Made by a program: the position numbers and the translations under genes. A DNA stretch of 63,278 nucleotides, counting the filler, from Octopus bimaculoides (taxonomy: Eukaryota), in NCBI RefSeq assembly GCF_001194135.2. It is 5 parts of 5 records of this genome, joined end to end, with 100 filler letters (N's around TTAATTAATTAA, not from the genome) between each part and the next. Parts side by side here need not be neighbours in the genome. Positions count along the whole stretch, not along the records: positions 1 to 28,737 come from NC_068992.1; 4 more parts are not named here. One strand, written 5' to 3'. Below, in pieces: positions 12,551 through 25,691 of this stretch; position 1 is the stretch's first letter, and the number at the start of each line of letters is the position of its first letter. Under the pieces are notes generated by a model. The model was not told the origin of the DNA. It did not search any database and was given only the letters and a program-made list of their open reading frames with translations.

Positions 12551-15112
12551 CAGAAGTTTTCTCTACAACCATGATCAAAGCTTAATCACTGGTTCCAGAT
12601 ATACTCCTCTATTATAATGTCAATTTGTGTCTAGTATAAAAGCTGACAAGGTCTTAATTCAATATCGGTTTACACTATCTTGATTTAAAATGTAGTTTGA
12701 TACTTGTGGCAATTACAGAGTTGCCTTTATAAATCTTCTAAATATCTTTGCATCAGTTTAAATTGGAAATGGACCAATACGTTTAATCACGAAAATAAAT
12801 TTCAGCCCGTAAAACATTGAGTGGTCTTCGAAGAACCATGTTTTGCTTGTCATAAATATTTATAGTTATACTTAACCATTTTACAAAAGTTGTATTTCTT
12901 TGTCGCAGATATATGGTTTGATAATTGTTGCCAAAATTGAATATTTCATTTATAAGAACCATCTTGAGTATTGTGTTACTAGTATTAAAGTGTTTCTGTT
13001 TGAAATGATAGTAAATAAAACTGTAAAAGTATTTTTACAAGTTTTCATTTGCGTTTGTGTAAGTATAAATTGTTCAGGAGCATATCTATAAATTAGGGAG
13101 AATTACATTCTATATACAGTAATACATACTAAACTTTGTTTACACGCAAACTTTAATAAACTTATATTGCATACACATATAATACGTAATATATCATCAA
13201 CAAACATGGACGCCTATACAAAGTCGTTCAACTTTCTTAAAAGGACAGCCACTTTTCCATTAATTCCCACAATATAGTTTAAAGAAAAGATATCAAATAC
13301 TAAATTGAAAAGAAAAAACTTACATAGCTAACAGTAAGTGTCAGAGATAAAACCTGTTTCTTTAAACTCCCTGAGCTAATCCTTAAATATTTAAGCAAAC
13401 CAATACTTTAAAATTTTGATCTAAGTGCAGACCATTAAAAATACTTAGTAAAAGTAATACTAACTCATTTAAATTAATGAGATAAATATTAACACTAAGA
13501 ACCCACGAACTAAGGGCGAATTGTTTAATTATCCTGAGTTAAATCTAAACCCCTAAAAGTCGTGAGATAAATTTTACTTGGAAAATGTCTTAAGCTGAAG
13601 ACAACGCTCTTAATGGTCCAGAACCTATATACTACTCCTTATACTATATACTACCCCTTATAAATCGAACACTAAAATCAGACCATTTGACGGTGAAGTT
13701 TGATGATGCATCTGTACACGTATCTTGCCTGGGCAAGATTATTTTAAGAACGATTAACAGTTGCCTATACAAGCAAGTCACCTTTTCCACTTCAAGTTAA
13801 ATGCTGCTACTTTTGGCTGATATAGCTTGGCGGAATTGTCATCGAAGACGTAGAGAACCAGATACCACAAGGCATCTAGATCGATGCTACAACAGTTCTA
13901 TAAATTCATCACCTTAGATTGATACATTTATTTTATCAACTTTGAAAAGATGAAAGGCAAAGTTAACCTCGTTAGCGAGATATGAACTAAGATCGCACAA
14001 ATTCAGATCTTCACCGCTCTAACAAATTCGTACAATTCAACGTTAAAAAACTCACGTCCAGGAGAAAAGCTAACCCTGAAAATGCCGATTTGAGCATAGA
14101 TTCTGAAGAGAAATCATTTACATTTACGGGAGGGTGTATGAAAAGTCTTGAACCTCAAAAAAAAAAAAAAAAAAGAACAAGGTACAAGACTTCTGGTGAA
14201 GGTACAAGACTTCAAGTCTCAAAGGCCTTGAAAGCTCAAAACTTTTCATACAACCCTCGTACTTTCTAATATTGAGCGAGGCTTAGTGGTTCAATGTTTT
14301 ATCGAACTATCTAGAGTGCTGTTTGTGAGATATGAACCTCTGCCTATAGTTTTAAGGTACCGACGAAAATAATTATCTAGGCTTGTCCCCTTATATTGAC
14401 ATTCAAAATAAAGACTATAACATGAATTACAGAAGGACAATTTATTCATTTATTGCTTTAACAGGGAATCTAATCTTGTCGATAAATAATACATAATATA
14501 ACAAGGAAGTTTTCGATAAATTATCTTTTCTTCAAAGTATGGCTGCAATCCTTAATCTAATACACCATTTATTTAATAAATACGAGGCATAGTGTTCTTC
14601 ATAATTTATAAGATCCATTTGTGGATCAATCTTCGCAGATCCTTTGTGCTGTTTCGTCGAATATTGATCCCTATCCAGAATAAATCGTAGTGATTCATGA
14701 AGGCTTGTCAGAAAGACAAATCTATATCACTCATGGAACTCATAGAAACCATTAAACACAAGCAAGAGAAAATGGATGATAAACACAAAATAGTCATGAT
14801 AATGTTACTGTAAAAAAAAAGAAACAGATCTTTTTTCTTAATATTATCTACATTCCATGTTTTTTTTTTATATATACTGGTGTTAAAATTTCCTGAAAAT
14901 GTATTAATTTGAATGTTATCTCTGGATTTCTTGGAATTTGAATTGTTAAATGAAAAATTAAAGAAAACATTTTGTATGCCTTACGACGATGACTCTCCTT
15001 TTCAAGGCTTCTGAACCTGGTAGAGAGAAAGAGCAGCAATTTTCAGTGTTGTGTAAAAATTTGCTCTTTGATCTTTCTCAAATTAAAATGATACTTACCG
15101 TGCATAATATTG

Positions 15113-15313
15113 ATTTCAAATTTCAGTACAAGACCAACGATTTCGGAGGAGGTGTTTAGTCGATTACATTTACCTTAGTGCTCAACTGGTACTTATTTTA
15201 TCGACCCCAAAATACAAAAATGAAAGATAAAGTTAATCTCGGCGGTATTTGAACTCAGAATGTTAAGACGGACGAAATGGCGCTAAGCTAACGATTCTGC
15301 CTGCTCGACACCT
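15113..15313 (-). mobile_element. Family A SINE
   Basis: ctcaactggtacttattttatcgac...gatttgaactcagaa-like core...gctaagctaacgattctgcctgctcg. Confidence 0.8.
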
Positions 15314-16468
15314 TAACTGATGCAATAATATTGATTTAAATATATATATGCATACATGTACACACAACCATTAGCACACACATATGACGGTTTTCTACAT
15401 TTGCTCACTGCCAGATTCACTGTAAGACATTGGTCGACACGGTGTAGAAGATATTTGGCCAGTGGAACAGAATCCGAAACATTTAGTTCCAAAACCGTGC
15501 ATATAGCATCAAATTAAAAACTTATTCTTGGAATTATTTTGAACTTCCCCACAAATTCTGTCTAAAGAAATACTAAATAATGTTTTCTTTCTAAAAGCTT
15601 AGATATTCAGAAAAAGAACTTAGAGAGAAGATATTAAAACGTTAGGGAAAATATATCGCAATAAGACATTATGAAGAGTAGGCATGATAACCCAGTGCAT
15701 TAATTCTTGATATATGTAAGTTCTCGTGAAATAACTTTGAAGCTAAAGGAGTGTAGGACTGCTTCTGTGTAACAGGATATTTTGCTATATAATAACAGAC
15801 AGCTTATATAATATCATACAGGTTTCATAAATTATCTTCTTTGGCTCCTGAGAGACAACTAAGAATTAGTAGTTACATATATTCATGACTATAGCAAGTG
15901 GATGTAGCTAAATGGAAGCTATTACATTACTTTCAGTAGGTGTTATTGGTAAAGAACTATAACAAATCTGCTTGATTGGACCAAAATATACTGACACATG
16001 CATGCACTACGCAGAGACATAGTAACCTATTCACGCATAAGATACTCAACAAAAGTGAAACTTAAGAAAAAGAAGTAACAAACAACCAATTGTGCAAATT
16101 CATTCATACATACACCCGACCCCATAAATTCTAACATCCATTTATATGTAGACGCATAAATATATACTCATTACTTCAGATATGCGCAAACCTCAAGAGT
16201 TCTAATAGAGAATAGAGGCATGTTCACGATCTGTTTGATAACTTGAAAACAAAATTTAATTAATCCCAAAGATATATATACACACCTTGTTGCATCCTTT
16301 TTGGCTGAACGTGTATCTATCTGTCTCTCTCCCCCTCTCTCTCCTTCTCTGTCCCTTCCCCTCTGTCTATCTATATATGCATATATACATAAATATATAT
16401 ATATATATATGCGTGTGTGTGTGCTTGTGTGTCTGTGTGTGAATGTATATATATATATACATACACAC

Positions 16469-16505
<37 letters not shown>

Positions 16506-16506
16506 T

Positions 16507-16548
<42 letters not shown>

Positions 16549-16924
16549 TTGTGAATGGAAATTAATCATCAGTTTTGATATGTTAGTAGAAAGTTAAGAA
16601 ATATAGTGGTTTACGTAGTAGCAGATGTCGTGCTGCAGACTGAGATAATTAGCTTTGTAAGGAGACACTATTAAGATTTACATTACGACTATTTTGAAAT
16701 AATACTTTTTCACCTGCCTCAGTAATGTCGCGTTGTAAAATATTTCTACTGAGAACAATGATACCACACTTTTTACACGTGATACAGCTAACTGGACGTC
16801 GCACAGAACTCACACTTTAATACCATATATGGCTACATGGTGTGGAGAACCACGGATTCGCGGATCGGGAGTTCGGAATAGCATCTTGTAGTTTTCTAGG
16901 ACAGGAGTATATTCTCAAGCCTAT

Positions 16925-17103
16925 ATTGGTTTCAAATGTTGGCATGAAGTCAGCAACTTAGGGGGAACGTGTAGGTCGATCACATCCGAAAGAATGAAAG
17001 GCAATGTCGACATCAACGGAACTTGAACGCAGATCGTAAAGACGGTGGAAACGCCGCTAAGGATTTTGCCCGGTGTGCCAACGATTCTGCCAGCTCGCCG
17101 CCT
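16925..17103 (-). mobile_element. Family A SINE with an internal deletion
   Basis: gaatgaaaggcaatgtcgac...ttctgccagctcgccgcct. Confidence 0.8.
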
Positions 17104-18151
17104 GATCTTTGATTATTGAATGGTTTGGTTTCTACTTGTCACAAATAGAGCAACGACATAGAGGCTATATCTTTGAAACACTGGAATCAATGTCACATGT
17201 TACCGTCAAATAATAGATTTAATATTTTTACTTCGAAACAAATTGCTTTAGAGTTAAAGAAACGAGGGTGAAATAGACAAGAAAATGCGGAATCGGAGTT
17301 TATTCATGCATGGAAATACTAACATAGAGTTTTATTCACCAAATTTCTGATTCTTTCAATAGGGTTAATGTGAAATGGTTAATATAAATGGGAATATCAA
17401 GAAGGTGGTTTATTTTCTAAATACGTGATTGTTTAGTTTGGATCAGACAGTTGTTGAGAGAACTATATTTACTCGTTGAAAGTACAACTATTCAATCAAT
17501 TTAAACAATAAGGTGATTCTAACTTGATAATGATGTATTTCTCTCTAATTGATATCATCAAATATGTTTCATCCATTTTATATTTCTTTATTCTAACACT
17601 CGATTCAAAGTATCTAGCCGAACAGCAAACACAAGTATTTGTTTCTCACCGTCTATAATTTACTCAAAATAAATATTTCCGGAAATATATTAACAAAAGT
17701 TTTACTTGTGCCAGACACAATCTACTTCGTTTTTTTTATGTATGTTTATTTTTTCTTCTTCCTTCTTTAATATTACCATCTTCTGACATTGATCTACAAT
17801 AATTTAAAATATCTCTAATTAGAAAGAAATTTTCATTTAAAGTAAATTTTTATGATCATTATTTTTTCTTCAGTGTATTCTATTTATGTTTTTAAGTGTG
17901 GATTCTCAAATTAATTATTGTTTCTTCCAATTTCTCCATACTTGGCGTTTGATCAATTCTTTTTGCAGAAAACAAATCCCACCAACAGCAGTTTATTCAC
18001 TGAAAAGGTTTTATAATTTGGTAAATTATTTATTACTAATTTAATTTCAATTAAAAAGAAAAGCGCTAATTTGATTGATGTTAGATATGATTTGGAAAAC
18101 ATAAAAAATGTTTACTGGCCAAAACTGGAAGAAACAATTAAAATATTCTTT

Positions 18152-18361
18152 TTTACTCTAGGAATAAGGCCCGAAATTTGGGGGAAAGGGGCCAGTCGAT
18201 TAGATCGACCCCAGTACGCAACTGGTACTTAAATTATTGACCTCGAAAGGATGAAAGGCAAAGTCGATCTCGGTGGAATTTGAACTCAGATCGTTAAAGA
18301 CAGACGAAATACCACTAAGCATTTCGCTCGTCGTGCTAACGTTTCTGCCAGCTCGCCGCCT
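18152..18361 (-). mobile_element. Family A SINE, near full length
   Basis: Close reverse complement of 6651-7066, ending ttctgccagctcgccgcct. Confidence 0.9.
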
Positions 18362-19371
18362 TTCGAATAAAATAGACATATTAAGCAAAGGCTGTACAGC
18401 AAAACTTATTCCGAGAAGTAGTTGCAAATAGTTGATTCTACAAGGTTAATTCTACATCGTTCATACTTAGGTAGTAAAACGAGCCTTATACAGCGTGAAG
18501 CAGAAAAAAAAAAAAATTCCATATTTCTTTCTGTCATTGATGAAGTTCGATGAAGTCTTCATGTTGCTAATGTTTTATCGTTTCTTGGCTCATTTGAAAC
18601 GGTGCAGCAAAGTTTGCCAATTTGAAAATGTTGCACCTCGTACTGACCCCAATTGAAATTTAAGATGCTCAGAAAAACTGAGCAAATCGCAATAGTGATA
18701 ATAGCAAAATATATACATTTGACCGTCTTCATCTGCATTTCTTCTTCTTTATATACGAACACGTGTGTATGTATGAGTACGAATGTACGTATGATTATAT
18801 GTGCATGGATATATGTATATATGTGCTTTGTATGTGTATGTCTGTGAATGTCTGCATGCATGTATGGATGTGTGCGGGCGTGTGTGTGTGTGTGTGCGTG
18901 CGTGTGGATGGATGTGTGTTTATATGCTCTCAGTTCAAGAGTCCTACTTAATCAGTAGAAGACAAATTCTGGAATATCAGTTTGAAAAACTGCTTTTAAG
19001 TGAGACACACTTAACAGAATCACGATTTGTAAGTACCTAATGATTTATAAACAACTAATTATTAAAGGAAAAAGATATTGGAGAAGCCATTTTATTAGGT
19101 TTTCAAACACACACACAAAAACAGACACAAGCACAATCTACTTGTTTGTGTGTATATATCCGTGTATGTGTATGTGTTTGCGTGTGTATGTGTGTCAGGT
19201 TGAGTGTGAACTTTTTATCGGATTTTCACTGCTAATTTTTGACAACTTGTATCTTCATGCAATATCATTAATTTAATCAAACTTGTCCAATCGTTGTGAA
19301 TTGTTTGTTCTTTATTTTCGTATATCACATATAAGCAGTAATTGCTTAGTCTTTATTTTTCACCTTTTATA

Positions 19372-19522
19372 ATGAGTGGTGAAAAATTTGCAATTAGAGC
19401 CATTTTACACTGGTGGCAAAAGAAACTAATGATGTGGAAGGCCCAACGAAAATATGGAACAAAACTGGTTCAGACGTTTCAAGGAAGGTGGTATCAGCCC
19501 CGAAGACAAACCAAAGTCAAGG
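19372..19522 (+). mobile_element. Mariner transposase N-terminal (HTH) relic
   Basis: MSGEKFAIRAILH..., then after a frameshift QNWFRRFKEGGISPEDKPKSR, matching the mariner WF.RF..G..SLED.PRSGRP motif. Confidence 0.75.
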
Positions 19523-19630
19523 AGCGTTATGGATAGGAAAAAAAAAGAAACATTTCTTTGGCATCTGCACAATTCAGCATCGGACCTCTACAGAATATTA
19601 TTAATATGTACGGAAAATGCGAGTATTTGA

Positions 19631-20017
19631 TAGGTGGCTGTATTACTGGTAGTGCATTTCTAGTTAAATTATAGTAGCATGTGAAAGAATGGGCCGGATA
19701 AAGTACATGGAGTTGCCAACATTGTAGTAAACAAAAAAAGATTTTAAAATATGCTTGCTGCTAAGTTTCGACATGCAATAAATAGTAGCCAAGTGAGTTT
19801 AAAATTACAACGTAGTCTTGGAAATGAGTTAATGAAAATATTTTTTATGCCAAGACTTGTAGAATTGTTTGAGCATTGAGCGACATTGTGCTATGTTGTA
19901 AATGACCTTTACGCATGGTGTTCATTTCAAGTCAATGTAAGTTTGATTTTCACCTTCAGGGCATTGTAAAACAAAGTATTAGTCAAATGCTAAAGTTGAT
20001 ATGGATATTAACAGAAT
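19631..20017 (+). repeat. 387-bp local direct duplication, copy 1 (copy 2 at 23668-24054)
   Basis: Colinear, no indels seen, fewer than about 10 substitutions. Confidence 0.95.
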
Positions 20018-20457
20018 AATATCAACAGAAAATGTTTGAATCATATCATATATAAGTGTGATCGTTATCAGATAAATATGTGTCCAGATTCAAATAATTA
20101 TTTACACTGGGTTAATTATATGTGCGACCAGAACGAAGAAATCATGTGCTATTAACTAGTAATAAAATAACGTCTCATGTTGAAGGTAGTTAAGCCATTT
20201 CTCCTTCATTATCCAACATAAAGACGGGTATTTTCTGGAAAACGATTAAAAGAAACGACATTCGAAGTTTCTATATTTAATTGATACTAGTGGTAACGTT
20301 AATCACTTTTGTTTCAGTGGGCTAGCCAAGCAGTAATTGTCGTGTATGTATTTATGAACTTATGCAAGTAATTATGTATGCAATATATATAAACACACAC
20401 ATACATATACACTTACACATACACACACGCACGCACACACACACACACACACATACG

Positions 20458-20489
<32 letters not shown>

Positions 20490-21406
20490 TATGTATGTAT
20501 GTATGTGTATATGTTTGTATATACATATGATATGACACGTGAATGCTAAGTGGTAAAGAGTAATATTTACGGACTCATTATTGTAGGTTGTGTCAAGTTT
20601 ATTACATGATACAGCGATTTCATATTTCTCGAGAGGCCAGTTTTGAAAGCACAGTAAAAAGCTGTGTGTGTATACATCCATCCATACATACATACATACA
20701 TACATACATACATACATACACACACACACACGCATATATGTATATGCACATACATATATATATATGTATATGTATATGCATATACGTGCGCAAGTGCATA
20801 CACTCACACGTAAACGTATATATGTATGTTACATCCATATAATTCACATCTCTTTGAAACGATGTGATTGAGAGCAAAGCAGTCTAATGTTGGCATCAAA
20901 TAGGTGGTTGCTGACATAAGCTATTAACAAATTGTCTGTAAAATGGAATTTTTCGCTTGTTGAGTAACGTTATAGTCTGTTATATGCCCATCCCTGCTGA
21001 TAACGATATCAACAACACCAGAATTAAAAACTAGTCAGCTGTTGTTTTACTGAATTTTATGTTGTCTACAATCATTCGTTTGGACAGAATAATGTGATGC
21101 CGTAGCAAACCTAATACACACGGGATGGTGTTTTCTGAATAAGCATAACATTTTGGCCTACTCTTATAAATATTGCTGGAAAATTGTCGATTTTATGTCC
21201 AACTAAAATCAAGAGTTAATTATTAATCCTTAATCCCTGAGAAGTGAATTCTTGTACTATATCGCCATACATTTCGATAACGGTACGAAACATTGATGTC
21301 ATACACCTAAAACAGCATATTCTTCTTGAGATTGATGGCCTGGAAACATTCATTATTAAGTGAAACGCATTTATCGGGGAACTCTTTGAATTCAGTTCTA
21401 CTAAGA

Positions 21407-21630
21407 AATACCAGAGGCATCCTACAAAACAACAGCAAGCATAAAATTAAGTACATGAGGGATCTTTTAGCATGCAATCAAGCAAAATGCATTGCACTTA
21501 CGGAGACACATATCTACAGACAAATGTGATGCATGATGCAGCGATACATTTACAAATCTATGCTGCATCACATACAGAAAGAAGAGAAAAAAGTCATGAT
21601 GGAGCTGCATTGTACATCCATGAATATGCC
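21407..21630 (+). mobile_element. Degenerate apurinic-like (APE) endonuclease fragment of a LINE
   Basis: NTRGILQNNSKHKIKYMRDLLACNQAKCIALTETH, then after a frameshift DAAIHLQIY...ERREKSHDGAALYIHE. Matches the N.RG / IALTETH / R.DR..GGVALY pattern of the EEP fold. Confidence 0.75.
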
Positions 21631-21943
21631 GCACCAATAAGCTTGTTTTCTCATAAACACATACACTATATTTCTGTTCTTTACTAGTTTATTACTGTTC
21701 TTAATTTAACTCATATCCATGGTCCAGAAATCTTTTGTCACACATATGTGACCCTTTCAGCGACACTTTCCGTCCTCGTGTGTGCTCTTGCCCCGCGTAG
21801 ACAATATATTTTTACAGTCGTAATTGCTTAACTCATAAACCTTTGTATAAATCTCTCCCTCTCTCTCTCTCCCTTTCCCTCTCTCTCTCCCTTTCTCTCT
21901 CTCTCTCTCTGTATATATATATACATATATGTATATATGTAGA

Positions 21944-21976
<33 letters not shown>

Positions 21977-22644
21977 NNNNNNNNNNNNNNNNNNNNNNNN
22001 NNNNNNNNNNNNNNNNNNNNNNNNNNNNNNNNNNNNNNNNNNNNNNNNNNNNNNNNNNNNNNNNNNNNNNNNNNNNNNNNNNNNNNNNNNNNNNNNNNNN
22101 NNNNNNNNNNNNNNNNNNNNNNNNNNNNNNNNNNNNNNNNNNNNNNNNNNNNNNNNNNNNNNNNNNNNNNNNNNNNNNNNNNNNNNNNNNNNNNNNNNNN
22201 NNNNNNNNNNNNNNNNNNNNNNNNNNNNNNNNNNNNNNNNNNNNNNNNNNNNNNNNNNNNNNNNNNNNNNNNNNNNNNNNNNNNNNNNNNNNNNNNNNNN
22301 NNNNNNNNNNNNNNNNNNNNNNNNNNNNNNNNNNNNNNNNNNNNNNNNNNNNNNNNNNNNNNNNNNNNNNNNNNNNNNNNNNNNNNNNNNNNNNNNNNNN
22401 NNNNNNNNNNNNNNNNNNNNNNNNNNNNNNNNNNNNNNNNNNNNNNNNNNNNNNNNNNNNNNNNNNNNNNNNNNNNNNNNNNNNNNNNNNNNNNNNNNNN
22501 NNNNNNNNNNNNNNNNNNNNNNNNNNNNNNNNNNNNNNNNNNNNNNNNNNNNNNNNNNNNNNNNNNNNNNNNNNNNNNNNNNNNNNNNNNNNNNNNNNNN
22601 NNNNNNNNNNNNNNNNNNNNNNNNNNNNNNNNNNNNNNNNNNNN

Positions 22645-22684
<40 letters not shown>

Positions 22685-23667
22685 TGCATACATCAACAGA
22701 GACACAGAGACACACACTAGGCACGCACAGTATACACAAACACATATGGGATATAATAGTAACTCGTAAGATTGCTTCTATCCATACATAAATATTTTTG
22801 GCCAGCGAATCAAATGAATAGCTTGATATGTCAGTTTGCAGCAACACTGTATGTTAATACCATAGTTCACATTGCAGAATTCGTTGAAAAACTACAGAAA
22901 ATATTCTAAATCTGGGCGAGCAGTGTATTGTTAGTATGTTTGAAAGGTCACCATTGTAAAGAACAAAGCACTTGTTAATAATAGAGACCGCAAGAACGTA
23001 GCACTGTTGAGAACTGAGTTGGCTCGGCATATTCTTTAGTTCTTTATCTTAGCTGTCACAGAATACCAACTTCACAGTTGATTATTCTATGTCTTTCGTG
23101 TTGTCTTTGTTTTGTATGAACAGGGATTCAATGCTTTCGTTTTATTTTATTTTTTTTTTCATTTGGAGTTATATCGTTGGTGGATCAAGGAATTTACTGA
23201 ACGTGTAGAGCATCCATTGTATTATCTAGCTGATTAGGAATGCAAGAGAAGAAATGGCTTGCGTACATGTTATTAAACGCCCCAGAGAGAAACTTTGCTC
23301 TAATATAGTCTCTAAAGCGTTCGGAAAACTAATATATAATAGCACGCGTTGATCTTAGCCAAAAGACCGAGAAGTGACATATAATAGTGGGTCTTTATAT
23401 GCCAGAGTCTTACCGTATTCGTTCCAGAAGCTGAGCTAAGTAGAAGTACTGGAAAAACGGTACCTTGCATTTCTCATTTAATAATGTTTCTTAAATTACG
23501 AGCATAAATGAATGTACGAGAGGTTTTCAGAACTTATCATTGAACATTGAACTATTTGATGAAGTGTACCAGATGTGTTACACGTGAAGAAATAATAAAG
23601 AAATAGTATATGTGAGGAATTGCAACGATGCGCGGTAGGTATGATATAAGTAACAGTTTTTGTTGCA

Positions 23668-24054
23668 TAGGTGGCTGTATTACCGGTAGTGCATTTCTAG
23701 TTAAATTATAGTAGCTTGTGAAAGAATAGGCCGGATAAAGTACATAGGGTTGCCAACATTGTTGTAAACAAAAAAAGATTTTAAAATATGCTTGCTGCTA
23801 AGTTTCGACATGCAATAAATAGTAGCCAAGTGAGTTTAAAATTACAACGTAGTCTTGGAAATGAGTTAATGAAAATATTTTTTATGCCAAGACTTGTAGA
23901 ATTGTTTGAGCCTTGAGCGACATTGTGCTATGTTGTAAATGACCTTTACGCATGGTGTTCATTTCAAGTCAATGTAAGTTTGATTTTCACCTTCAGGGCA
24001 TTGTAAAACAAAGTATTAGTCAAATGCTAAAGTTGATATGGATATTAACAGAAT
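23668..24054 (+). repeat. 387-bp local direct duplication, copy 2
   Basis: Matches 19631-20017. Confidence 0.95.
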
Positions 24055-25642
24055 CCATCCTAGATTTGAATGCAATTATAACAGATCAAAATTCAAGATG
24101 AGCTCCTAAAAAACAATGATACAAGATCAAAAGAAACAGTGACAAGTTGTAGTATAAACCTATTACATTCATCAAACAATAATCGTTATGATGCTAAAAC
24201 AATTATCATGCCAACAATGATGATAATAATGAATAATGAGAGTAACGACGATGATGATGATAAAGTGGTAGACACTTATGGTAAAGATTATATGCGTGTG
24301 TATGTATGTGTGTGTGAGTGTGTATATATATGTATGTGTGTGTGTATATATATATATGTGTANNNNNNNNNNNNNNNNNNNNNNNNNNNNNNNNNNNNNN
24401 NNNNNNNNNNNNNNNNNNNNNNNNNNNNNNNNNNNNNNNNNNNNNNNNNNNNNNNNNNNNNNNNNNNNNNNNNNNNNNNNNNNNNNNNNNNNNNNNNNNN
24501 NNNNNNNNNNNNNNNNNNNNNNNNNNNNNNNNNNNNNNNNNNNNNNNNNNNNNNNNNNNNNNNNNNNNNNNNNNNNNNNNNNNNNNNNNNNNNNNNNNNN
24601 NNNNNNNNNNNNNNNNNNNNNNNNNNNNNNNNNNNNNNNNNNNNNNNNNNNNNNNNNNNNNNNNNNNNNNNNNNNNNNNNNNNNNNNNNNNNNNNNNNNN
24701 NNNNNNNNNNNNNNNNNNNNNNNNNNNNNNNNNNNNNNNNNNNNNNNNNNNNNNNNNNNNNNNNNNNNNNNNNNNNNNNNNNNNNNNNNNNNNNNNNNNN
24801 NNNNNNNNNNNNNNNNNNNNNNNNNNNNNNNNNNNNNNNNNNNNNNNNNNNNNNNNNNNNNNNNNNNNNNNNNNNNNNNNNNNNNNNNNNNNNNNNNNNN
24901 NNNNNNNNNNNNNNNNNNNNNNNNNNNNNNNNNNNNNNNNNNNNNNNNNNNNNNNNNNNNNATATATATATATATATATGTATGTATACTGGATACCAGC
25001 AAAGATGTAAATGTAAATCAGATTCGCATTAGTTGTGTATGTATACGAATAAAGGTAAAAAAAAAAACATAGAAAACTTAGAAAAAAAATATACCAAGTG
25101 CGCTGTCTCACACTTAGATGTAATATATTGCAAGTGACAGATATATTGTTATTAAATCAAACGAGTAATCTATATGTTTATCCTACAAAGTATAGATAGC
25201 AGTCAATTTTCTCTAAAAGTACACCCTGCAATCTTGGTAATTACTTATTACAGAATAAGTTTCATTCAGATTCTTCATTATGGATCTTTATATCTGCTGC
25301 TGTGGTCCTGTCAATATCAACTCCATTCGTCATCCTTTCACGGTACGAAGCAGAATATATCAGTCAAGTATTGGGATCGATATATATATACATACAGATA
25401 TGATTACTTGAGTACGTGCTAAGTGTGAATGAGATTGTAAAAGATGGCAGAACCAGGTGTGTTGTGATCCAGAAAGGCGCAAAGGAAGATATTCAAGATC
25501 AGGAATGGAACAGAGATATTATTATGTTCGAGAACTATAAAACCATTCAAACTTTTATATTCATGAGTGATTATGATGATGACAATGACGAGGATTGACA
25601 TGAAGACATTAATGATAATGATTATGTGAGAAATATATTTGT

Positions 25643-25691
<49 letters not shown>

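Noticed and set aside
14125-14155. tacgggagggtgtatgaaaagt, resembling a mariner terminal repeat
   Set aside because: No matching opposite end or transposase sequence found nearby.
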